Part shown: in pieces, positions 1 through 9,222 of the stretch
How positions within the stretch are numbered: the stretch's first letter is position 1
How the letters are laid out: every line of letters starts with the position of its first letter
NCBI GenBank assembly: GCA_034180415.1
Contig: JAXFOK010000059.1
Coordinates: 31,772-95,771 of the forward strand
Direction of reading: 5' to 3'
DNA from: Bdellovibrionota bacterium
GTDB taxonomy: Bacteria > Bdellovibrionota_C > UBA2361 > CAKMMH01
Length of the DNA: 64,000 nt
The notes under the pieces: model-generated
Seen by the model: only the letters and a program-made list of their open reading frames with translations
What the model was told of the DNA's origin: nothing
The model's database searches: none
Position numbers and translations under genes: made by a program

Positions 1-471
1 TTTGATGATAGTTTTTATAAAAATTTATGTTCTGCAAATCTTTATCCGATTCTTGATACTATAAAATATATCGCAAATACTAAAAACATTTGGCTTGAAA
101 TTACCAATCTAGTTATTCCAAGTTTTAATGATAACTTAGAAACAATAAAAACAATGATTGATTGGATACTAAATAATTTAGGACAAAATGTTCCTTTGCA
201 TTTTTCTTCATTTTTCCCAGCATATAAAATGAAAAATATTGAACCTACAAGCTATTCTACACTTGAAGCAATCCATAATATTGCTAAAAACATGGGAATA
301 AATTATGTATACGTTGGAAATGTTAGAAATAATATTTATCAAAATACATATTGTAAAAAATGTGGTAATGTATTAATAAAAAGAGATTCATATATAATAT
401 TAGAAAACAATATTAAAATAAAAGATAACTCCTGTCCTAACTGTAATACAGTCTGTGATGGGTATTTTTAA
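1..471 (+). CDS. amrS: AmmeMemoRadiSam system radical SAM enzyme, C-terminal part (5' end cut by window edge)
   Basis: Frame +1 is open from base 1 (FDDSFYKNLCSANLYPILDT...). It has a PflA-like C-terminal half (PLHFSSFFPAYKM) and a terminal Cys cluster CKKCGN...CPNCNTVC. AMMECR1 and Memo partner genes lie at 1799-3143. Confidence 0.75.
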   Translation, partial: FDDSFYKNLCSANLYPILDTIKYIANTKNIWLEITNLVIPSFNDNLETIKTMIDWILNNLGQNVPLHFSSFFPAYKMKNIEPTSYSTLEAIHNIAKNMGINYVYVGNVRNNIYQNTYCKKCGNVLIKRDSYIILENNIKIKDNSCPNCNTVCDGYF

Positions 472-493
472 TTATTATTTAATAAGGGGTAAT

Positions 494-886
494 ATGACAA
501 AAAATTTTGAAATATATAAATGTAGTGTTTGTGGTAACGTTGTAGAGGTTTCACATTGTGGTGAAGGTACTCTAACTTGTTGTGAAATGCCTATGAGCCT
601 TTTAGATGGAAAAACAACAGATGGCGCTACCGAGAAGCATTTACCAGTTGTCGAAATCAAGGATAACAAAGCTTTTGTAACTGTAGGTGAAGTTATTCAT
701 CCTATGGAAGAAAAACATCATATATCTTTTATTGAAGTAATAACGCCATCAAATAAAATCATCAAAAAGAAGCTTAATCCAAATGATGAGCCTAAAATGC
801 ATTTTTGTATAAAAGAAAAGGGCGAATACATTGTAAGAGAGTATTGCAATTTACATGGTCTTTGGAAAACTAGTATTAAGGCATAA
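494..886 (+). CDS. dfx: Desulfoferrodoxin (2Fe superoxide reductase)
   Basis: ATG at 494 is preceded by AAGGGG. The N-terminus has desulforedoxin-type Cys (YKCSVCGN...LTCC). SOR motifs are present: EKHLPVV, HPMEEKHHI, CNLHGLW. Confidence 0.9.
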   Translation: MTKNFEIYKCSVCGNVVEVSHCGEGTLTCCEMPMSLLDGKTTDGATEKHLPVVEIKDNKAFVTVGEVIHPMEEKHHISFIEVITPSNKIIKKKLNPNDEPKMHFCIKEKGEYIVREYCNLHGLWKTSIKA

Positions 887-903
887 GTTTATTAGGGTTG
901 TAT

Positions 904-1797
904 ATGAAAAGAAAAATCTTATGTTTTTTTTGTATATTTTTTGTTATTTTTTTAATAGCTTTTAAAATATTAGCTGGAAATTACGCACTAAATATTATTA
1001 AAAAAATAAATAACGAAGCTAATATTAATTTACAGACTGAAGATGTGAATTTTTCATACCCTGTAAAATTGGAATTTAAACCACTAAAAATTTTTAATAA
1101 AAACAAGCCTTTTTTAAATATTGAATTGGATAAATTTACTCCATATTTATTACTTACAGATTTATTGCAACTTGTTTTAGAAGTAAAAAGTGATGGTACT
1201 TTGTATGAAGGGACTTCTAAAATTAACTTTTGGAAGAATTTTAGAAGTGATAATATTAGAGGAGAAATCTTTTTAGAAAATGTTAATCTATCTAAACATC
1301 AACTTTTACAAAGTATCCCATTTGCCGGAATAGTTGAAGGTGGATATTTAAATGTTAAAAACTACGATTTGAAACTCGATAAAAACGAAGGTGGATATTA
1401 TTTGTCTTATCTTGGTGGTGATTTTTCAATTAACGATTTAAATATAACAAGAAATTTAACTATTCCGAGTTCTTTATCTGGAATTATTTTTGATATAACA
1501 ATCCCTAAAATTAATTTTTCTCAAATTTCATCAGTTTATAAATATAAAAACGACACTGCATATATAAATAATTTTATTATTAAAAGCGATGATTTTAATA
1601 TTTCTTCTAAAAACTGTGAATTTAATACTATAAAGAATAGATTTTCAAACTGTGAAATAGTATTTAACTTTTCAGATAAAGGATTAAAAGATTTTTCATC
1701 TTGGTTAATATTCTTAGGAAATATTAAATTTGAAGCAAATAAAGATTACCATTTAGAGCTAATGGGGCTGAATTATAGGTTAATAAATGAAATATAA
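904..1797 (+). CDS. Hypothetical N-terminally membrane-anchored/secreted protein
   Basis: The first ATG is at 904; the track start at 898 is TTG. There is a hydrophobic N-terminus (ILCFFCIFFVIFLIAF). I recognise no family motif. Confidence 0.5.
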   Translation: MKRKILCFFCIFFVIFLIAFKILAGNYALNIIKKINNEANINLQTEDVNFSYPVKLEFKPLKIFNKNKPFLNIELDKFTPYLLLTDLLQLVLEVKSDGTLYEGTSKINFWKNFRSDNIRGEIFLENVNLSKHQLLQSIPFAGIVEGGYLNVKNYDLKLDKNEGGYYLSYLGGDFSINDLNITRNLTIPSSLSGIIFDITIPKINFSQISSVYKYKNDTAYINNFIIKSDDFNISSKNCEFNTIKNRFSNCEIVFNFSDKGLKDFSSWLIFLGNIKFEANKDYHLELMGLNYRLINEI

Positions 1798-1798
1798 G

Positions 1799-2380
1799 TT
1801 ATTTAATATATAATGTTCTAAACTTATAAACTTTAATATCATTATGCCAATTGCTAGGCTCAAATCCAGCTTTTAAGCATAAGTTTGATAAGAATAAATC
1901 TTTACTTGGAAGTTCTTCCCAAACAGATGGAAGAAATAAACCTTGATATGGACCATTTTGTAATACTAACCCGTCTTTAAAAGGCTCAATAAGAGAAAAA
2001 AGCTCCTCAAGTGTATTATATTTAATTTCAAAAAGATCACCAAGAATTGATATAGAAATAGTTAAATTTTCAAATTCATTTTTTGAAAGCTTCGGAAACC
2101 TTGGATCTTTTGAGCTAGCAGAAATCGCATTATCTATAACATCAAGATATAAGGGTTTGTGAGGCACCACACTTCCTATACATCCTCTTAATTTATCTTT
2201 TATCATCAATGTTACAAAGCAAGCGCCATCTTTTTGTAAAACATTGCTAAGTTTTGATTTATCAACAGAAGGTAAAGAGTATGTCTTAACACAAGCTTCT
2301 ATAGAATCTTTTGCTAATTTTAATAAAAATTTTTGTTCATCCTTATTAATTTTAGGAATTAAAAAATCCAAAGCTTGCAT
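1799..2380 (-). CDS. amrA: AMMECR1-domain protein (AmmeMemoRadiSam system protein A)
   Basis: AMMECR1 signature GACFVTL...KLRGCIGS is present. The track start (TTG at 2434) would overlap amrB by 83 nt. The first ATG is at 2380, giving a 29-nt overlap in a different frame. Confidence 0.8.
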   Translation of the reverse strand: MQALDFLIPKINKDEQKFLLKLAKDSIEACVKTYSLPSVDKSKLSNVLQKDGACFVTLMIKDKLRGCIGSVVPHKPLYLDVIDNAISASSKDPRFPKLSKNEFENLTISISILGDLFEIKYNTLEELFSLIEPFKDGLVLQNGPYQGLFLPSVWEELPSKDLFLSNLCLKAGFEPSNWHNDIKVYKFRTLYIK

Positions 2381-3143
2381 ACCCAACAACCTGTAATTTA
2401 TTTGAAGTTTTATCTCCTGAGTTACAATATCCAAGAACTTTTGGTTTTAACATATATTTTTTTGCAACCTTTATCAATGCTCTAATTCCTATGCTTCCAC
2501 AAGCATCATCAGGTTGAATATCATCTTCATTTAAAGCAAGGACATTCTTTATCGTACTCTTATCAATTTCTTTTGCTTTTTCATATAAATTAAAATGACT
2601 TAAATCAGAACTAATAATAATTAAAGTTCTTGGAATTTTAAAAAGAGCATCTATTAGTTTGGTAACAGAGTCTTGCTCGTATGGTCCTGTAATTATATCA
2701 ACGATTTTAAAATTAGGATTAATTCGACATATAAAAGGAAGCTCGACTTCTACAGAATGCTCTTTTTTATGAGCTTCATCATTAATTTCTACCAAATCTT
2801 CTTTTACTAATTGTTCTATAAGAATTTCATCTCTTTTTAATTTTCCATTTGGTAAAATGTAATCTTTATTAAGAACAGCAGGCTTGTCAATTAATACATG
2901 GTGCGATGGGCCAACTACAACTATTGTATCAAAATCATCTTTGTAGTGATTTAGGATATTAAAAGCCTTACCTGCTATTTCACCGCTAAAAATATATCCT
3001 GCATGAGGCACAATCAAAGAAACAGGTTTCCTATTTACAAGGGGCTCGCCTTTAAAAAAATCATTTAAGTACTTATCTAATTCAAGCTTATCGCTTGGAT
3101 AAAAGTAACCAGCCATTTTGGGTAGTGCACAATCTTCGCTCAT
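2352..3143 (-). CDS. amrB: Memo-like protein (AmmeMemoRadiSam system protein B)
   Basis: Motifs MAGYFYPS, VPHAGYIFSG, VVVGPSHH and SSDLSH are present. The ATG at 3143 has AAGGAA about 7 nt upstream. The track start at 3173 is TTG. Confidence 0.8.
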   Translation of the reverse strand: MSEDCALPKMAGYFYPSDKLELDKYLNDFFKGEPLVNRKPVSLIVPHAGYIFSGEIAGKAFNILNHYKDDFDTIVVVGPSHHVLIDKPAVLNKDYILPNGKLKRDEILIEQLVKEDLVEINDEAHKKEHSVEVELPFICRINPNFKIVDIITGPYEQDSVTKLIDALFKIPRTLIIISSDLSHFNLYEKAKEIDKSTIKNVLALNEDDIQPDDACGSIGIRALIKVAKKYMLKPKVLGYCNSGDKTSNKLQVVGYASFGFFNS

Positions 3144-3227
3144 TAAACATTCCTTAAATAAAAAATCTTTCAATGTAACTATAAATAGGATATGATATTA
3201 TTATATTTTTTTCCAGGTAAAATAGCA

Positions 3228-3977
3228 ATGCAGCAAAAAAATATGATTTATTCTAAAATTATAGGTAGTGGGAAACCTTTAATATTTTTACATGGTTGGG
3301 GTAATGATTCTTCTTTTTTTCAAGAATTATCTGAGCTATTAGTAGCAGATAGAGAATGCCATTTAATCGATTTACCAGGATTTGGTAATTCAAAAAAACC
3401 AGATGCAGTTTGGGGAACAAAAGATTATGCATCATGTATAATCGATTATTTAAAAAGTCACAATATCAAAAATGCTGACATATTAGGTCATTCTGTTGGT
3501 GGACGAATCGCTTTAAGAATTGCGGTATATTTCCCTGAGTACCTTGATAATTTAATATTAATCTCATCTGCTGGTATAAAATCTAGAAAATTTCTGTTTA
3601 GAAGAATTAAAATATATATTCTAAAAAAAGTAGCAAAAATTTTTAAATTTTTAGATAAACTTACAGGAAAGGACTTTTTTAAAAACAAATATTCTTCTAA
3701 ATTTGCTTCGAGGGACTACTTAAATGCAGGAGATATGAAAGATATATTTATAAAAATTGTAAATGAAGACCAAGAAAACGAGCTAAAAGATGTAAAAGCG
3801 AGGACTCTTCTTATTTGGGGAGATAAAGATACGGAAACACCCATCGATATTGGCAAGACTTTTTCAAAAAAAATAAAAGATTCCAAACTAATTGTTTTAA
3901 AAGGAAAAGACCACTTTCCATTTTTAAGAGGTGGTGCAAGCCTTTGTGCATACCAGATTAAAGAATTTTTAAAATAA
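3228..3977 (+). CDS. Alpha/beta-fold hydrolase
   Basis: It has LHGWG, the nucleophile elbow GHSVGG, and a C-terminal GKDHFP (His). The start is ambiguous (ATG at 3192, 3228 or 3243). Confidence 0.7.
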   Translation: MQQKNMIYSKIIGSGKPLIFLHGWGNDSSFFQELSELLVADRECHLIDLPGFGNSKKPDAVWGTKDYASCIIDYLKSHNIKNADILGHSVGGRIALRIAVYFPEYLDNLILISSAGIKSRKFLFRRIKIYILKKVAKIFKFLDKLTGKDFFKNKYSSKFASRDYLNAGDMKDIFIKIVNEDQENELKDVKARTLLIWGDKDTETPIDIGKTFSKKIKDSKLIVLKGKDHFPFLRGGASLCAYQIKEFLK

Positions 3978-4015
3978 TTGTTTATTGTTAATAAATTAAG
4001 GTAAGGATATAAAAT

Positions 4016-5740
4016 ATGTCTAGCAATAATTTCACGATTTGGGCAATTTCGCTGCCAGTTATTATTATTGTTTGTGGTGTAATCTATTATTATACCGGTG
4101 CTATTAGAAGAAGATTTCATGAGTATTTGTTATATTTACAACAAGATGAATATTCACCATCAAGATTTTATAAATGGTATGTTAAAAATAAAGCATTTGA
4201 TAGAAAGGTAACGCTAATTACCACGATTTTTTGTATTATAATTTGTCTTGGAATATTTATTAGCAAAAAATACGATATTAAAGTTTTACAAGAAGGCTAC
4301 AACATATTTGGCTTTATATATTCGCTATCAATACTGTTTTTATACTTATTAACAGTCGGTTATATCTTAAGAAAAGAAAAGGACCCTACAACTCAAGCGA
4401 AATTACAATTAAAAATGACTCCTAGAGCAATAAGAATTTACAGTATCGCGACTTTATTTACTTATGTATTAACTATAGCTATTTTCCCATTCTTTCTTGT
4501 ATCTGGTATTGCCAACTCATATATTTCTTCATGTTTTTTCTTTTGCTTGGCAATTATAGCTCAGCTTATACCATTTTTCTTAATGTTAAGTGTCGTTCTT
4601 CTTTCACCTTTTGAAAAATTTGCAAATAATAAATATTTAAAAGAAGCTAGGGAAAAGTTTGAAAAAATTAATCCGTTTACTATTTCAATTGTTGGAAGTT
4701 ATGGAAAGTCAACTGTTAAAAATACGTTAGGTGAAATTTTAAATGTTACTAAAGGTCATACTTTTTGGCCAAAAGCTGGCATAAACACAATTATGGGTGT
4801 TACAAGAAAAATTAGAGAAGAACTTAAAGAAAGCGATAAGTATGCAGTAATCGAAATGGGAACTTATAAGAAAGGTTCTATTACAAATCTTTGTTCATTA
4901 ACTCCACCAAAAGCTGCAATTTTAACAGCAATAAACCACATGCATTTAGAAAGATTTAAAACAAGAGAAAAAATTTATGAGGCAAAAACGGAAGTTATAA
5001 AAGCACTTCCAGAAAATGGAATTCTTGTTTGTAATGCAGATGATGATTTTGTTTTAAGAGCATATAAGGAAGCTAATATTAAAAATAAATATTTATATGG
5101 CTTAGAAAAGAAAGATGGAGTAAAACTTGATGCCTATATTTTTGATATTAAGTATACAAGTGATGGAACAACTGCAAAAATTTTATGGAAAGACTCTGAA
5201 TATGAATTAAAAACAAAAATTGTAGGAAAGGGGGGAATTTCAAGTTTACTTGCAAGTTTTACTATGGCAGTGGCTCTTGGAATAGAACCAAAACTTGTAC
5301 TGGCAGTAATTAAGGAAATCGAACCATTATCAAATAGACTTGTACTTAAAAAATATCCAAATCATTTGATTTACTTAGAAGATGGATATAATTCTAATCC
5401 ACTAGGATTTAATTCTGCATTAGAAGTACTAAAGGTACTTGATGTTAAAAGACGAATTGTTATGACTCCAGGAATTATTGAACTTGGAAGTGAACAATTT
5501 GAGGTTAATTATAATATAGCCAAAAAGATTACTAAAATTTGCGATATGGTAATTTTTGTTGGAACTGAAAATAAGGAATCTTTTAAAAAGGCTTTCGATG
5601 AAGATAATTTTACAAACATTAGTTATGTTGAAAATCGAGATGAAGGATTTAAAATTTTAACTGAGTATCAAAATGAAAATGATGCGATTTTAATTGAAAA
5701 CGATTTACCTGATTGGTATGAATCAAAGGTTAGTTTTTAA
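4016..5740 (+). CDS. Mur ligase family protein (MurF-like) with ~200-aa N-terminal polytopic membrane domain
   Basis: AAGGA RBS before the ATG at 4016. The first ~200 aa contain 5-6 hydrophobic helices. Mur ligase motifs follow: IVGSYGKSTVKNT (P-loop), EDGYNSNP, MTPGIIELG. Confidence 0.7.
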   Translation: MSSNNFTIWAISLPVIIIVCGVIYYYTGAIRRRFHEYLLYLQQDEYSPSRFYKWYVKNKAFDRKVTLITTIFCIIICLGIFISKKYDIKVLQEGYNIFGFIYSLSILFLYLLTVGYILRKEKDPTTQAKLQLKMTPRAIRIYSIATLFTYVLTIAIFPFFLVSGIANSYISSCFFFCLAIIAQLIPFFLMLSVVLLSPFEKFANNKYLKEAREKFEKINPFTISIVGSYGKSTVKNTLGEILNVTKGHTFWPKAGINTIMGVTRKIREELKESDKYAVIEMGTYKKGSITNLCSLTPPKAAILTAINHMHLERFKTREKIYEAKTEVIKALPENGILVCNADDDFVLRAYKEANIKNKYLYGLEKKDGVKLDAYIFDIKYTSDGTTAKILWKDSEYELKTKIVGKGGISSLLASFTMAVALGIEPKLVLAVIKEIEPLSNRLVLKKYPNHLIYLEDGYNSNPLGFNSALEVLKVLDVKRRIVMTPGIIELGSEQFEVNYNIAKKITKICDMVIFVGTENKESFKKAFDEDNFTNISYVENRDEGFKILTEYQNENDAILIENDLPDWYESKVSF

Positions 5741-5828
5741 GTACCTTGTTTAAATTCTTGTAAAAATAATGTATACTTACAGCATTAAGTAGATTTTTTG
5801 CTTTTTTTAAGGGGAGTTTTATAGAGCT

Positions 5829-7016
5829 ATGGATAAGAAAAATGTTGCTGTGTTTTTTGGTGGTAGAAGCTGCGAACATGAAATTTCAATTATCACTGGT
5901 TTACAATTAATAGAGTATTTAGATACAAATAAATTTAATATCATACCTGTTTATATTGCAAGAGATGGAAGATGGTACTCAGGTCAAGAATTACTAAATA
6001 GAGCAATATATAAAGATTTTGAAAATAAGAAAAAGGTTTTAAATGAAGTAACACTTTATCCATATTTAGGACAAAAAGGGCTAACTGTAACAAAAAAAGC
6101 TTGTTTTTTTGGTGAAAAAATAATCCCTGTTGATATATATTTTCCAGCATTCCATGGAGAATTTGGAGAAGATGGCTGTATTCAAGGACTATTTGAGTTA
6201 GCAGGAGTTCCTTATGTAGGATCAGGCGTTTTACCATCGGCAATTGCTATGAGTAAAAATACGGCAAAAACTGTAGTTTCTCAATACGGGATTCCTGTCC
6301 TTCCAAGTGTTACTATTAATAAAGAATTAGTTGAAAAAGAGGGGATAGAAGCAACTAAAAAAGAAATATTTGCTAATAATACATTAAAATACCCTGTATT
6401 TATCAAACCTAATAATTTAGGTTCATCAATAGGTGTTTCAAAAGCTACAAATGATGAAGAACTTTTAATAGCACTTACAAAAGTATTTAAACGAGATAAA
6501 GAAGCGTTAATTGAGCCATATATGGATAATATGTTTGAAATTAATATTTCTGTGCTTGATACGACAGAGGGGCTAAGGACATCAGTTGTTGAAATTCCTG
6601 TAACAGACGGTAGTTTTCTTTCTTATGAAGATAAATATATGCGTGAAGGAAAGGGAAAGAAAAAAGGTGGTACTCCTAAAAGAAGCGAAGGTATGGCAAG
6701 TTTAACTAGAAGTATTAATCCAGTAGACTTAGATGAAAAAATTAAAAATACGGTAAGTGAGTATGCAAAAATAGCTTATAAAGCAATTAAAGCTTCAGGG
6801 GTAGGCAGAATTGATTTTATGTATGATAAAAATTCAGGAACAATTTATTTAAACGAGTTCAATTTAATTCCTGGCTCACTTTCATTCTATCTTTGGGAAA
6901 AATCAGATCCAGTGCTTTTATATACAGAAGAACTTACAAAAATAATTGATAGGGCATTTGAAGTTTACTCAATAAAACAAGAGCTAGATAGAGATACTGG
7001 ATTTAAAGCGTTATAA
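5829..7016 (+). CDS. ddl: D-alanine--D-alanine ligase (long form with Lys/Gly-rich insertion)
   Basis: ATP-grasp Ddl motifs are present: VFFGGRSCEHEISI, FPAFHGEFGEDGCIQG, SSIGVS, RIDFMYD, LNEFNLIPG. There is an insertion GKGKKKGGTPKRSEGMASL after YEDKYM. Confidence 0.9.
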   Translation: MDKKNVAVFFGGRSCEHEISIITGLQLIEYLDTNKFNIIPVYIARDGRWYSGQELLNRAIYKDFENKKKVLNEVTLYPYLGQKGLTVTKKACFFGEKIIPVDIYFPAFHGEFGEDGCIQGLFELAGVPYVGSGVLPSAIAMSKNTAKTVVSQYGIPVLPSVTINKELVEKEGIEATKKEIFANNTLKYPVFIKPNNLGSSIGVSKATNDEELLIALTKVFKRDKEALIEPYMDNMFEINISVLDTTEGLRTSVVEIPVTDGSFLSYEDKYMREGKGKKKGGTPKRSEGMASLTRSINPVDLDEKIKNTVSEYAKIAYKAIKASGVGRIDFMYDKNSGTIYLNEFNLIPGSLSFYLWEKSDPVLLYTEELTKIIDRAFEVYSIKQELDRDTGFKAL

Positions 7017-7163
7017 AGTAATATTTAAGGAAGCTGAAAAAAGTTATAGCTTACTTAAATTACAATGGATAATATACAATAACCTGTAACCAGATAGAAT
7101 TAATAAATTTTTTTTAACAGCATGTTATAAACTAGTGTTTTATTTTATCCGACATTAGTTTCT

Positions 7164-7655
7164 ATGAAATATTTAAACCTAACATTAAATTTAAGTTTAT
7201 TGATAGGGATATTATTTATATTTCAGGATGAAAGAAATAATAGATTAAAGCTTGAAGATTTATCAAATAGAATTGATAACGTCAATTCTGAATTTGATAT
7301 ATATAAGCATAAAATTAATAGCTTATCTTATATTAAAAGCAATACAAATAACAATCGTGCATTAGAAATCATGCAGAATGAAAATACAGATATGCGTTCT
7401 GAAATACTAGCGTTGCTATCTGTAACTGTAAGATATTTTCTAAACATGGACGAAGAACAAAATAATATGATTAAGTTATTAAATAACATAAATGAATATA
7501 ACGAAGCATCTCAAGAAGAAAAGTATGATATGCAAAAGAATATTGAAGATACAGTAGCTAAAATAAGAGAACAAAATATTCAACTTGCAAAAAACAGAAA
7601 AGGGCTTCAAGACATTATAAATCAATTAAAAGATAATTCTTTTGAGGATGTATAA
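7164..7655 (+). CDS. Hypothetical coiled-coil protein with N-terminal hydrophobic segment
   Basis: The ORF has an N-terminal LNLSLLIGILFIF and a heptad-like charged remainder. I recognise no family. Confidence 0.45.
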   Translation: MKYLNLTLNLSLLIGILFIFQDERNNRLKLEDLSNRIDNVNSEFDIYKHKINSLSYIKSNTNNNRALEIMQNENTDMRSEILALLSVTVRYFLNMDEEQNNMIKLLNNINEYNEASQEEKYDMQKNIEDTVAKIREQNIQLAKNRKGLQDIINQLKDNSFEDV

Positions 7656-7685
7656 AAAAATTCTAATTGATATTGTAAATTAATA

Positions 7686-7742
7686 CTGGTTAATGCAGAA
7701 TTTACATTAATACTTCTAATGTGAGAATTTTGCATTAACCAG
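7686..7742. terminator. Long imperfect inverted repeat between convergent genes
   Basis: CTGGTTAATGCAGAATT ... AATTTTGCATTAACCAG arms flank a ~25-nt loop. It lies between the ends of the 7164-7655 (+) and 7890-9221 (-) genes. Confidence 0.4.
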
Positions 7743-7889
7743 CTTTTCATAATTTTAGTATTTCTTTTTAATTTATTGATATCATTTATTTAAATTTATG
7801 CTTCAAATCCCCCTAATATCAGAGATTAGAATTCTAATTCTAATTCCTGTTATACGTTTTTAAAAAATATATTTTTATTATAAATATTC

Positions 7890-9221
7890 TTAAAAGAACT
7901 TTTTAAACTGTTTTAGAAACTTTATTATTTCAATTTTATCTGTGAAATACTTTTTTACTTCTATGTCTAAGTTAAATATTTTATCTATTATGTTGTATTC
8001 AGGATACAAATAATCTATTAAAATAGAAGTAATAACTAACAAAATAAATATAACAACACTTAGCGTTAATATTTTTAATATCTTTCTTAAAAACCTTTTA
8101 TTTTGTTTAGCATTAATATTTGCTGCTAATCTATCGACTTTAATTCTTACATCAGGTTCATTTATTTCAATATCTCTTGAAATGGCTCGGTTAGCATTAA
8201 CAGTTGCTCTACTTAACACACTTTCCATTTCATTATGAGCCTCTTCTCGATTATCCTCAACATTTTGCACTTTTCTTATTAATTCTCTGATCCTTTCAGT
8301 CTCTTTTAATTCATTAGTAGCGTTTCTTTCCTGAATTCTAACTTTATTTTGATAAACACGATGAGACTCACCATTTAACATCTTCTGTAAATCTACTAAA
8401 TCTTCATGAAATTCTTTAGCTGTTTGATATCTCTCTTTTGGATCCCGTTTTAATGCATTTAAAACAATATCATCAAACTCGTGAGGGCAATCATTTCTCT
8501 GATTACTAGGCGGCTCAACATCTTTCTTTAACCTTGCAACCATTGTATCGTAAACTGTTTCTTCTCTAAATGGCGTAACTCCTGTTATCATTTCAAAAGC
8601 TAATACACCCATTGCATAAATATCAGATCTATAATCAACTTGAGAATTTAACATATACTCGGGGCTTACATAATCGATAGTCCCCACTACCCCACCGTGC
8701 TCGGTAAGTCTTGGGCCACGCTCAGTTCTAGCTATACCAAAATCTGCAATTTTTACATCCCCAGATTTAGTAAGCAAAATATTTTCCGGTTTTAAATCTC
8801 TATGAATAATTCCAGACTCATGAATGGCTTGAACACCAGCTGTCATTTGAATTAAAATTTCTATTATTCTATTTATTGGTAATAGTTTTGCTGGATCTCT
8901 TAGACAATCTGCGAGGTCGCCACCATTTACATATTCCATTGTATAAGCGACAATCCCCTTCTCTTTTATATATTCATAAGCTCTTACAACATTCGGATGA
9001 GAGACACCGTAAGATGCAAAAATTTCATTTCTAAATCTTTGTGCTGAAACTTTATCATTAGCAACTTCAGGAAAAAGAACCTTTGCAGCTATAATATGGC
9101 CAGAAAGCTCTTTATGCTTACATGCATACACAGCTCCCATGCTACCATTTCCAAGGCACTTTATGACTTCGTACCTATCTGCTATAACAAAACCTGGTTG
9201 TAATTCCTGATGCCTAACCAT
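7890..9221 (-). CDS. Ser/Thr protein kinase, C-terminally membrane-anchored
   Basis: Hanks motifs are present: GNGSMGAVY, AAKV, HRDLKPEN, DFG, SPE. There is a C-terminal TM helix (LTLSVVIFILLVITSILI). Confidence 0.9.
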   Translation of the reverse strand: MVRHQELQPGFVIADRYEVIKCLGNGSMGAVYACKHKELSGHIIAAKVLFPEVANDKVSAQRFRNEIFASYGVSHPNVVRAYEYIKEKGIVAYTMEYVNGGDLADCLRDPAKLLPINRIIEILIQMTAGVQAIHESGIIHRDLKPENILLTKSGDVKIADFGIARTERGPRLTEHGGVVGTIDYVSPEYMLNSQVDYRSDIYAMGVLAFEMITGVTPFREETVYDTMVARLKKDVEPPSNQRNDCPHEFDDIVLNALKRDPKERYQTAKEFHEDLVDLQKMLNGESHRVYQNKVRIQERNATNELKETERIRELIRKVQNVEDNREEAHNEMESVLSRATVNANRAISRDIEINEPDVRIKVDRLAANINAKQNKRFLRKILKILTLSVVIFILLVITSILIDYLYPEYNIIDKIFNLDIEVKKYFTDKIEIIKFLKQFKKFF

Positions 9222-9222
9222 A

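Noticed and set aside
1799-3173. amrB and amrA as a single fused Memo-AMMECR1 gene.
   Set aside because: The two ORFs are in different frames. An ATG at 2380 gives a normal AMMECR1 N-terminus. The long overlap in the track comes from an upstream TTG.
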